Source of the DNA: Bilabrum cf. latius
Taxonomy: Eukaryota
Assembly: GCA_965178125.1 (NCBI GenBank)
Contig: OZ237753.1
Location: 1,054,001-1,099,322 of the forward strand
Direction: 5' to 3'
Length of the DNA stretch: 45,322 nucleotides
Shown: one piece after another, positions 35,060-45,322 of the stretch
Position numbering within the stretch: the first letter of the stretch is position 1
How the letters are laid out: each line of letters opens with the position of its first letter
Translations under genes and position numbers: made by a program
Notes under the pieces: generated by a model
Told to the model about the DNA's origin: nothing
Databases searched by the model: none
Seen by the model: only the letters and a program-made list of their open reading frames with translations

Positions 35060-36054
35060 TATCTAATATAAAGTCAGGGACAGGGTCGGGGAAAAAATAT
35101 TTTCATCTTCACTTTTTGTCGAAAAAATACAACATAGGATCTCGGCAACCACAGGAGATATGAAGACCGTTGAAACGGCATTAGGACCGCCTAGGGGCAC
35201 AACATGGGGCAAATGCTCCCCAGGTTCCGTTTTTGTCGCGCGGCGCCGATATGGATCGATGAAGATTTACATGCTGCAAAAATACAACATAGGATCTCGG
35301 CAACCACAGGAGATATGAAGACCGTTGAAACGGCATTAGGACCGCCTAGGGGCACAACATGGGGCAAATGTTCCCCAGGTTCCGTTTTTGTCGCGCGGCG
35401 CCGATATGGATCGATGAAGATTTACATGCTGCAAAAATACAACATAGGATCTCGGCAACCACAGGAGATATGAAGACCGTTGAAACGGCATTAGGACCGC
35501 CTAGGGGCACAACATGGGGCAAATGTTCCCCAGGTTCCGTTTTTGTCGCGCGGTGCCGATATGGATCGATGAAGATTTACATGCTGCAAAAATACAACAT
35601 AGGATTTCGGCAACCACAGGAGATATGAAGACCGTTGAAACGGCATTAGGACCGCCTAGGGGCACAACATGGGGCAAATGTTCCCCAGGTTCCGTTTTTG
35701 TCGCGCGGTGCCGATATGGATCGATGAAGATTTACATGCTGCAAAAATACAACATAGGATCTCGGCAACCACAGGAGATATGAAGACCGTTGAAACGGCA
35801 TTAGGACCGCCTGGGGGCACAACATGGGGCAAATGTTCCCCAGGTTCCGTTTTTGTCGCGCGGCGCCGATATGGATCGATGAAGATTTACATGCTGCAAA
35901 AATACAACATAGGATCTCGGCAACCACAGGAGATATGAAGACCGTTGAAACGGCATTAGGACCGCCTAGGGGCACAACATGGGGCAAATGTTCCCCAGGT
36001 TCCGTTTTTGTCGCGCGGCGCCGATATGGATCGATGAAGATTTACATGCTGCAA
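35060..36054. mobile_element. Element copy 5 (subfamily D, ~6 units, followed by G10)
   Basis: Common head; units contain AATACAACATAGGATCTCGGCAACCACAGGAG. Confidence 0.75.
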
Positions 36055-36365
36055 GGGGGGGGGGTTAAGGGTTAGGGTTAGGGTTAGGGTTAGGGTTAGG
36101 GTTAGGGTTAGGGTTAGGGTTAGGGTTAGGGTTAGGGTTAGGGTTAGGGTTAGGGTTAGGGTTAGGGTTAGGGTTAGGGTTAGGGTTAGGGTTAGGGTTA
36201 GGGTTAGGGTTAGGGTTAGGGTTAGGGTTAGGGTTAGGGTTAGGGTTAGGGTTAGGGTTAGGGTTAGGGTTAGGGTTAGGGTTAGGGTTAGGGTTAGGGT
36301 TAGGGTTAGGGTTAGGGTTAGGGTTAGGGTTAGGGTTAGGGTTAGGGTTAGGGTTAGGGTTAGGG

Positions 36366-37360
36366 TATCTAATATAAAGTCAGGGACAGGGTCGGGGAAA
36401 AAATATTTTCATCTTCACTTTTTGTCGAAAAAATACAACATAGGATCTCGGCAACCACAGGAGATATGAAGACCGTTGAAACGGCATTAGGACCGCCTAG
36501 GGGCACAACATGGGGCAAATGCTCCCCAGGTTCCGTTTTTGTCGCGCGGCGCCGATATGGATCGATGAAGATTTACATGCTGCAAAAATACAACATAGGA
36601 TCTCGGCAACCACAGGAGATATGAAGACCGTTGAAACGGCATTAGGACCGCCTAGGGGCACAACATGGGGCAAATGTTCCCCAGGTTCCGTTTTTGTCGC
36701 GCGGCGCCGATATGGATCGATGAAGATTTACATGCTGCAAAAATACAACATAGGATCTCGGCAACCACAGGAGATATGAAGACCGTTGAAACGGCATTAG
36801 GACCGCCTAGGGGCACAACATGGGGCAAATGTTCCCCAGGTTCCGTTTTTGTCGCGCGGTGCCGATATGGATCGATGAAGATTTACATGCTGCAAAAATA
36901 CAACATAGGATTTCGGCAACCACAGGAGATATGAAGACCGTTGAAACGGCATTAGGACCGCCTAGGGGCACAACATGGGGCAAATGTTCCCCAGGTTCCG
37001 TTTTTGTCGCGCGGTGCCGATATGGATCGATGAAGATTTACATGCTGCAAAAATACAACATAGGATCTCGGCAACCACAGGAGATATGAAGACCGTTGAA
37101 ACGGCATTAGGACCGCCTGGGGGCACAACATGGGGCAAATGTTCCCCAGGTTCCGTTTTTGTCGCGCGGCGCCGATATGGATCGATGAAGATTTACATGC
37201 TGCAAAAATACAACATAGGATCTCGGCAACCACAGGAGATATGAAGACCGTTGAAACGGCATTAGGACCGCCTAGGGGCACAACATGGGGCAAATGTTCC
37301 CCAGGTTCCGTTTTTGTCGCGCGGCGCCGATATGGATCGATGAAGATTTACATGCTGCAA
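36366..37360. mobile_element. Element copy 6 (duplicate of copy 5)
   Basis: 1306-bp period, same variants and G10 junction. Confidence 0.75.
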
Positions 37361-37671
37361 GGGGGGGGGGTTAAGGGTTAGGGTTAGGGTTAGGGTTAGG
37401 GTTAGGGTTAGGGTTAGGGTTAGGGTTAGGGTTAGGGTTAGGGTTAGGGTTAGGGTTAGGGTTAGGGTTAGGGTTAGGGTTAGGGTTAGGGTTAGGGTTA
37501 GGGTTAGGGTTAGGGTTAGGGTTAGGGTTAGGGTTAGGGTTAGGGTTAGGGTTAGGGTTAGGGTTAGGGTTAGGGTTAGGGTTAGGGTTAGGGTTAGGGT
37601 TAGGGTTAGGGTTAGGGTTAGGGTTAGGGTTAGGGTTAGGGTTAGGGTTAGGGTTAGGGTTAGGGTTAGGG

Positions 37672-38666
37672 TATCTAATATAAAGTCAGGGACAGGGTCG
37701 GGGAAAAAATATTTTCATCTTCACTTTTTGTCGAAAAAATACAACATAGGATCTCGGCAACCACAGGAGATATGAAGACCGTTGAAACGGCATTAGGACC
37801 GCCTAGGGGCACAACATGGGGCAAATGCTCCCCAGGTTCCGTTTTTGTCGCGCGGCGCCGATATGGATCGATGAAGATTTACATGCTGCAAAAATACAAC
37901 ATAGGATCTCGGCAACCACAGGAGATATGAAGACCGTTGAAACGGCATTAGGACCGCCTAGGGGCACAACATGGGGCAAATGTTCCCCAGGTTCCGTTTT
38001 TGTCGCGCGGCGCCGATATGGATCGATGAAGATTTACATGCTGCAAAAATACAACATAGGATCTCGGCAACCACAGGAGATATGAAGACCGTTGAAACGG
38101 CATTAGGACCGCCTAGGGGCACAACATGGGGCAAATGTTCCCCAGGTTCCGTTTTTGTCGCGCGGTGCCGATATGGATCGATGAAGATTTACATGCTGCA
38201 AAAATACAACATAGGATTTCGGCAACCACAGGAGATATGAAGACCGTTGAAACGGCATTAGGACCGCCTAGGGGCACAACATGGGGCAAATGTTCCCCAG
38301 GTTCCGTTTTTGTCGCGCGGTGCCGATATGGATCGATGAAGATTTACATGCTGCAAAAATACAACATAGGATCTCGGCAACCACAGGAGATATGAAGACC
38401 GTTGAAACGGCATTAGGACCGCCTGGGGGCACAACATGGGGCAAATGTTCCCCAGGTTCCGTTTTTGTCGCGCGGCGCCGATATGGATCGATGAAGATTT
38501 ACATGCTGCAAAAATACAACATAGGATCTCGGCAACCACAGGAGATATGAAGACCGTTGAAACGGCATTAGGACCGCCTAGGGGCACAACATGGGGCAAA
38601 TGTTCCCCAGGTTCCGTTTTTGTCGCGCGGCGCCGATATGGATCGATGAAGATTTACATGCTGCAA
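37672..38666. mobile_element. Element copy 7 (duplicate of copy 5)
   Basis: 1306-bp period, same variants and G10 junction. Confidence 0.75.
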
Positions 38667-38875
38667 GGGGGGGGGGTTAAGGGTTAGGGTTAGGGTTAGG
38701 GTTAGGGTTAGGGTTAGGGTTAGGGTTAGGGTTAGGGTTAGGGTTAGGGTTAGGGTTAGGGTTAGGGTTAGGGTTAGGGTTAGGGTTAGGGTTAGGGTTA
38801 GGGTTAGGGTTAGGGTTAGGGTTAGGGTTAGGGTTAGGGTTAGGGTTAGGGTTAGGGTTAGGGTTAGGGTTAGGG

Positions 38876-39652
38876 TATCTAATATAAAGTCAGGGACAGG
38901 GTCGGGGAAAAAATATTTTCATCTTCAATATTTGTCGAAAAACGACGTGCTACGATCTCGGCAACTACAGGTGATATGAAGACCGTTCAAACTGCATCGG
39001 GACGGCCTGGGGGCACAACATGGGCCAAATGTTCCCCAGGTTCCGTTCTGGCCGCGCGGCGCCGATATGGGTGTATGAAGAATTTCACACCGAAAAACGA
39101 CGTGCTACGATCTCGGCAACTACAGGTGATATGAAGACCGTTCAAACTGCATCGGGACGGCCTGGGGGCACAACATGGGCCAAATGTTCCCCAGGTTCCG
39201 TTCTGGCCGCGCGGCGCCGATATGGGTGTATGAAGAATTTCACACCGAAAAACGACGTGCTACGATCTCGGCAACTACAGGTGATATGAAGACCGTTCAA
39301 ACTGCATCGGGACGGCCTGGGGGCACAACATGGGCCAAATGTTCCCCAGGTTCCGTTCTGGCCGCGCGGCGCCGATATGGGTGTATGAAGAATTTCACAC
39401 CGAAAAACGACGTGCTACGATCTCGGCAACTACAGGTGATATGAAGACCGTTCAAACTGCATCGGGACGGCCTGGGGGCACAACATGGGCCAAATATTCC
39501 CCAGGTTCCGTTCTGGCCGCGCGGCGCTGATATGGGTGTATGAAGATTTGCATGTCTATTCAATATGCATGGTTTATCTGTCAATTGTAGAATGGGGATG
39601 GTGTACATGACAGTTGTATTTGCTGTGTGGATTGCTTTGATCTAAGGTATTA
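38876..39652. mobile_element. Element copy 8 (subfamily C, ~4 units, partial tail)
   Basis: Tail matches copy 3 up to TCTAAGGTATTA, then telomeric repeats. Confidence 0.75.
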
Positions 39653-39901
39653 GGGTTAAGGTTAGGGTTAGGGTTAGGGTTAGGGTTAGGGTTAGGGTTA
39701 GGGTTAGGGTTAGGGTTAGGGTTAGGGTTAGGGTTAGGGTTAGGGTTAGGGTTAGGGTTAGGGTTAGGGTTAGGGTTAGGGTTAGGGTTAGGGTTAGGGT
39801 TAGGGTTAGGGTTAGGGTTAGGGTTAGGGTTAGGGTTAGGGTTAGGGTTAGGGTTAGGGTTAGGGTTAGGGTTAGGGTTAGGGTTAGGGTTAGGGTTAGG
39901 G

Positions 39902-41656
39902 TATCTAATATAAAGTCAGGGACAGGGTCGGGGAAAAAAAATTTTCATCTTCACTTTTTGTCGAAAAAATGCGCGCGACGATCTCGGCAACCAGATGAGA
40001 TATGAGGACCGTTCAAACTGCATCGGGACGGCCTGGGGGTACAATGTGGGGCAAATGTTCCCCAGGTTCCGTTTTGACCGCGCGGCGACAATATGGCTGG
40101 ACGAAGATTGTCATGCAGAAAAAATGCGCGCAACGATCTCGGCAACCAGATGAGATATGAAGACTGTTCAAACTGCATCGGGACGGCCTGGGGGTACAAT
40201 GTTAGGCAAATGTTCCCCAGGTTCCGTTTATACCGCGCGGCGACAATATGGCTGGACGAAGATTGTCATGCAGAAAAAATGCGCGCGACGATCTCGGCAA
40301 CCAGATGAGATATGAAGACCGTTCAAACTGCATCGGGACGGCCTGGGACCACAACTGGGGGCAAATGTTCCCCAGGTTCCGTTTATACCGCGCGGCGACA
40401 ATATGGCTGGACGAAGATTGTCATGCAGAAAAAATGCGCGCGGCGATCTCGGCAACCAGATGAGATATGAAGACCGTTCAAACTGCATCGGGACGGCCTG
40501 GGACCACAACTGGGGGCAAATGTTCCCCAGGTTCCGTTTATACCGCGCGGCGACAATATGGCTGGACGAAGATTGTCATGCAGAAAAAATGCGCGCGACG
40601 ATCTCGGCAACCAGATGAGATATGAAGACCGTTCATACTGCATCGGGACGGCCTGGGGGTACAATGTGGGGCAAATGTTCCCCAGATTCCGTTTTGACCG
40701 CGCGGCGACAGTATGGGGGGACGAAGATTTTCAGGCAGAAAAAATGCGCGCGGCGATCTCGGCAACCACAGGAGATATGAAGACCGTTCAAACTGCATCG
40801 GGACGGCCTGGGACCACAACTGGGGGCAAATGTTCCCCAGGTTCCGTTTATACCGCGCGGCGACAATATGGCTGGACGAAGATTGTCATGCAGAAAAAAT
40901 GCGCGCGGCGATCTCGGCAACCAGATGAGATATGAAGACCGTTCAAACTGCATCGGGACGGCCTGGGACCACAACTGGGGGCAAATGTTCCCCAGGTTCC
41001 GTTTATTCCGCGCGGCGACAATATGGCTGGACGAAGATTGTCATGCAGAAAAAATGCGCGCGACGATCTCGGCAACCAGATGAGATATGAAGACCGTTCA
41101 TACTGCATCGGGACGGCCTGGGGGTACAATGTGGGGCAAATGTTCCCCAGATTCCGTTTTGACCGCGCGGCGACAGTATGGGGGGACGAAGATTTTCAGG
41201 CAGAAAAAATGCGCGCGGCGATCTCGGCAACCACAGGAGATATGAAGACCGTTCAAACTGCATCGGGACGGCCTGGGACCACAACAGGGGGCAAATGTTC
41301 CCCAGGTTCCGTTTATACCGCGCGGCGACAGTATGGTGGGACGAAGATTGTCATGCAGAAAAAATGCGCGCGGCGATCTCGGCAACCAGATGAGATATGA
41401 AGACCGTTCAAACTGCATCGGGACGGCCTGGGACCACAACTGGGGGCAAATGTTCCCCGTGATTCTATTACATCAAGCATTGCAAGTATGGGGTTTGCAC
41501 ACCTACATGGTTGGGTTTGCATACGTACATGGGTTCGGGTTAGGTAAGAGGTTTTCCTTAGGGGCGTTCATTAGCTGTAAATGAGATTTCTTGATTTCAG
41601 CCGTTCATTCGCACTTTGAGTCATCATCATGTGTCATGTGTGCGAAGTTTGGAGAA
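39902..41656. mobile_element. Element copy 9 (subfamily B variant, ~9.6 heterogeneous units, plus unique tail)
   Basis: Common head; B-type units with a 465-bp internal duplication; tail related to the start of the copy 1 tail. Confidence 0.75.
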
Positions 41657-42039
41657 TAGGGTTAGGGTTAGGGTTAGGGTTAGGGTTAGGGTTAGGGTTA
41701 GGGTTAGGGTTAGGGTTAGGGTTAGGGTTAGGGTTAGGGTTAGGGTTAGGGTTAGGGTTAGGGTTAGGGTTAGGGTTAGGGTTAGGGTTAGGGTTAGGGT
41801 TAGGGTTAGGGTTAGGGTTAGGGTTAGGGTTAGGGTTAGGGTTAGGGTTAGGGTTAGGGTTAGGGTTAGGGTTAGGGTTAGGGTTAGGGTTAGGGTTAGG
41901 GTTAGGGTTAGGGTTAGGGTTAGGGTTAGGGTTAGGGTTAGGGTTAGGGTTAGGGTTAGGGTTAGGGTTAGGGTTAGGGTTAGGGTTAGGGTTAGGGTTA
42001 GGGTTAGGGTTAGGGTTAGGGTTAGGGTTAGGGTTAGGG

Positions 42040-42816
42040 TATCTAATATAAAGTCAGGGACAGGGTCGGGGAAAAAATATTTTCATCTTCAATATTTGTC
42101 GAAAAACGACGTGCTACGATCTCGGCAACTACAGGTGATATGAAGACCGTTCAAACTGCATCGGGACGGCCTGGGGGCACAACATGGGCCAAATGTTCCC
42201 CAGGTTCCGTTCTGGCCGCGCGGCGCCGATATGGGTGTATGAAGAATTTCACACCGAAAAACGACGTGCTACGATCTCGGCAACTACAGGTGATATGAAG
42301 ACCGTTCAAACTGCATCGGGACGGCCTGGGGGCACAACATGGGCCAAATGTTCCCCAGGTTCCGTTCTGGCCGCGCGGCGCCGATATGGGTGTATGAAGA
42401 ATTTCACACCGAAAAACGACGTGCTACGATCTCGGCAACTACAGGTGATATGAAGACCGTTCAAACTGCATCGGGACGGCCTGGGGGCACAACATGGGCC
42501 AAATGTTCCCCAGGTTCCGTTCTGGCCGCGCGGCGCCGATATGGGTGTATGAAGAATTTCACACCGAAAAACGACGTGCTACGATCTCGGCAACTACAGG
42601 TGATATGAAGACCGTTCAAACTGCATCGGGACGGCCTGGGGGCACAACATGGGCCAAATATTCCCCAGGTTCCGTTCTGGCCGCGCGGCGCTGATATGGG
42701 TGTATGAAGATTTGCATGTCTATTCAATATGCATGGTTTATCTGTCAATTGTAGAATGGGGATGGTGTACATGACAGTTGTATTTGCTGTGTGGATTGCT
42801 TTGATCTAAGGTATTA
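42040..42816. mobile_element. Element copy 10 (duplicate of copy 8)
   Basis: 3164-bp period. Confidence 0.75.
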
Positions 42817-43065
42817 GGGTTAAGGTTAGGGTTAGGGTTAGGGTTAGGGTTAGGGTTAGGGTTAGGGTTAGGGTTAGGGTTAGGGTTAGGGTTAGGGTTA
42901 GGGTTAGGGTTAGGGTTAGGGTTAGGGTTAGGGTTAGGGTTAGGGTTAGGGTTAGGGTTAGGGTTAGGGTTAGGGTTAGGGTTAGGGTTAGGGTTAGGGT
43001 TAGGGTTAGGGTTAGGGTTAGGGTTAGGGTTAGGGTTAGGGTTAGGGTTAGGGTTAGGGTTAGGG

Positions 43066-44820
43066 TATCTAATATAAAGTCAGGGACAGGGTCGGGGAAA
43101 AAAAATTTTCATCTTCACTTTTTGTCGAAAAAATGCGCGCGACGATCTCGGCAACCAGATGAGATATGAGGACCGTTCAAACTGCATCGGGACGGCCTGG
43201 GGGTACAATGTGGGGCAAATGTTCCCCAGGTTCCGTTTTGACCGCGCGGCGACAATATGGCTGGACGAAGATTGTCATGCAGAAAAAATGCGCGCAACGA
43301 TCTCGGCAACCAGATGAGATATGAAGACTGTTCAAACTGCATCGGGACGGCCTGGGGGTACAATGTTAGGCAAATGTTCCCCAGGTTCCGTTTATACCGC
43401 GCGGCGACAATATGGCTGGACGAAGATTGTCATGCAGAAAAAATGCGCGCGACGATCTCGGCAACCAGATGAGATATGAAGACCGTTCAAACTGCATCGG
43501 GACGGCCTGGGACCACAACTGGGGGCAAATGTTCCCCAGGTTCCGTTTATACCGCGCGGCGACAATATGGCTGGACGAAGATTGTCATGCAGAAAAAATG
43601 CGCGCGGCGATCTCGGCAACCAGATGAGATATGAAGACCGTTCAAACTGCATCGGGACGGCCTGGGACCACAACTGGGGGCAAATGTTCCCCAGGTTCCG
43701 TTTATACCGCGCGGCGACAATATGGCTGGACGAAGATTGTCATGCAGAAAAAATGCGCGCGGCGATCTCGGCAACCAGATGAGATATGAAGACCGTTCAT
43801 ACTGCATCGGGACGGCCTGGGGGTACAATGTGGGGCAAATGTTCCCCAGATTCCGTTTTGACCGCGCGGCGACAGTATGGGGGGACGAAGATTTTCAGGC
43901 AGAAAAAATGCGCGCGGCGATCTCGGCAACCACAGGAGATATGAAGACCGTTCAAACTGCATCGGGACGGCCTGGGACCACAACTGGGGGCAAATGTTCC
44001 CCAGGTTCCGTTTATACCGCGCGGCGACAATATGGCTGGACGAAGATTGTCATGCAGAAAAAATGCGCGCGGCGATCTCGGCAACCAGATGAGATATGAA
44101 GACCGTTCAAACTGCATCGGGACGGCCTGGGACCACAACTGGGGGCAAATGTTCCCCAGGTTCCGTTTATTCCGCGCGGCGACAATATGGCTGGACGAAG
44201 ATTGTCATGCAGAAAAAATGCGCGCGACGATCTCGGCAACCAGATGAGATATGAAGACCGTTCATACTGCATCGGGACGGCCTGGGGGTACAATGTGGGG
44301 CAAATGTTCCCCAGATTCCGTTTTGACCGCGCGGCGACAGTATGGGGGGACGAAGATTTTCAGGCAGAAAAAATGCGCGCGGCGATCTCGGCAACCACAG
44401 GAGATATGAAGACCGTTCAAACTGCATCGGGACGGCCTGGGACCACAACAGGGGGCAAATGTTCCCCAGGTTCCGTTTATACCGCGCGGCGACAGTATGG
44501 TGGGACGAAGATTGTCATGCAGAAAAAATGCGCGCGGCGATCTCGGCAACCAGATGAGATATGAAGACCGTTCAAACTGCATCGGGACGGCCTGGGACCA
44601 CAACTGGGGGCAAATGTTCCCCGTGATTCTATTACATCAAGCATTGCAAGTATGGGGTTTGCACACCTACATGGTTGGGTTTGCATACGTACATGGGTTC
44701 GGGTTAGGTAAGAGGTTTTCCTTAGGGGCGTTCATTAGCTGTAAATGAGATTTCTTGATTTCAGCCGTTCATTCGCACTTTGAGTCATCATCATGTGTCA
44801 TGTGTGCGAAGTTTGGAGAA
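43066..44820. mobile_element. Element copy 11 (near-duplicate of copy 9)
   Basis: 3164-bp period; at least one substitution and one junction difference versus copy 9. Confidence 0.75.
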
Positions 44821-45096
44821 TAGGGTTAGGGGTTAGGGTTAGGGTTAGGGTTAGGGTTAGGGTTAGGGTTAGGGTTAGGGTTAGGGTTAGGGTTAGGGTT
44901 AGGGTTAGGGTTAGGGTTAGGGTTAGGGTTAGGGTTAGGGTTAGGGTTAGGGTTAGGGTTAGGGTTAGGGTTAGGGTTAGGGTTAGGGTTAGGGTTAGGG
45001 TTAGGGTTAGGGTTAGGGTTAGGGTTAGGGTTAGGGTTAGGGTTAGGGTTAGGGTTAGGGTTAGGGTTAGGGTTAGGGTTAGGGTTAGGGTTAGGG

Positions 45097-45139
45097 TATC
45101 TAATATAAAGTCAGGGACAGGGTCGGGGAAAAAATATTT
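45097..45139. mobile_element. Element copy 12: head only (~43 bp)
   Basis: TATCTAATATAAAGTCAGGGACAGGGTCGGGGAAAAAATATTT followed by AGGTTAGGG. Confidence 0.75.
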
Positions 45140-45322
45140 AGGTTAGGGTTAGGGTTAGGGTTAGGGTTAGGGTTAGGGTTAGGGTTAGGGTTAGGGTTAG
45201 GGTTAGGGTTAGGGTTAGGGTTAGGGTTAGGGTTAGGGTTAGGGTTAGGGTTAGGGTTAGGGTTAGGGTTAGGGTTAGGGTTAGGGTTAGGGTTAGGGTT
45301 AGGGTTAGGGTTAGGGTTAGGG
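45138..45322 (+). repeat. Final (TTAGGG)n tract, probable chromosome end
   Basis: Pure TTAGGG to the end of the window, G-strand running 5'->3' outward. Confidence 0.85.

Larger units (their letters stand above)
28059..45096 (+). repeat. Twelve interstitial (TTAGGG)n tracts separating the elements
   Basis: Approximate tracts: 28059-28627, 29724-29830, 31295-31728, 33264-33646, 34956-35059, 36061-36365, 37367-37671, 38673-38875, 39650-39901, 41657-42039, 42814-43065, 44821-45096; all G-rich on +. Confidence 0.97.

Noticed and set aside
45097-45139. Head as telomerase template-boundary read-through product
   Set aside because: Would fit the fixed junction, but kb-long arrays in four subfamilies are hard to reconcile with one telomerase RNA; not formally excluded
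27956-45146. Poly-(GL) and poly-(RV) ORFs, and the many 70-125 aa ORFs in the 155-bp arrays
   Set aside because: By-products of translating TTAGGG and tandem repeats; 155 is not a multiple of 3 and no known domain is evident
28628-45322. CRISPR-like repeat/spacer appearance
   Set aside because: Eukaryotic telomeric context, no unique spacers of constant length, no cas genes

Overview
Right-hand chromosome end of a GC-rich, gene-dense eukaryote, probably a flagellated protist (the taxon cannot be fixed from this window). Bases 1-26.8 kb carry about 13 tightly packed genes with short (~85-120 nt) GT-AG introns: the RPC1 3' end, a TTL-family ligase, a MIR-less PMT, BRE1, CCDC25, an ERICH2-like gene, an RCC1-repeat gene, RPA3, a DUF4795-like gene, MFAP1 and unknowns. 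Most of them are intact only if TAG is read as a sense codon (Gln), while TAA and TGA remain stops, i.e. a split nuclear code. From 26.9 kb to the end lies a composite telomere: a 54-bp minisatellite, a short TTAGGG tract, a 777-bp internal piece of RPC1 between telomeric repeats, and then a chain of 12 same-orientation elements. Each element starts with an identical head (TATCTAATATAAAGTCAGGGACAGGGTCGGGG) fused to TTAGGG. All but the last carry 155-bp tandem repeats of four subfamilies, and they end at varied distal points where TTAGGG resumes. No reverse transcriptase or transposase is encoded in the window. All gene models and coordinates were read by hand and no searches were run.
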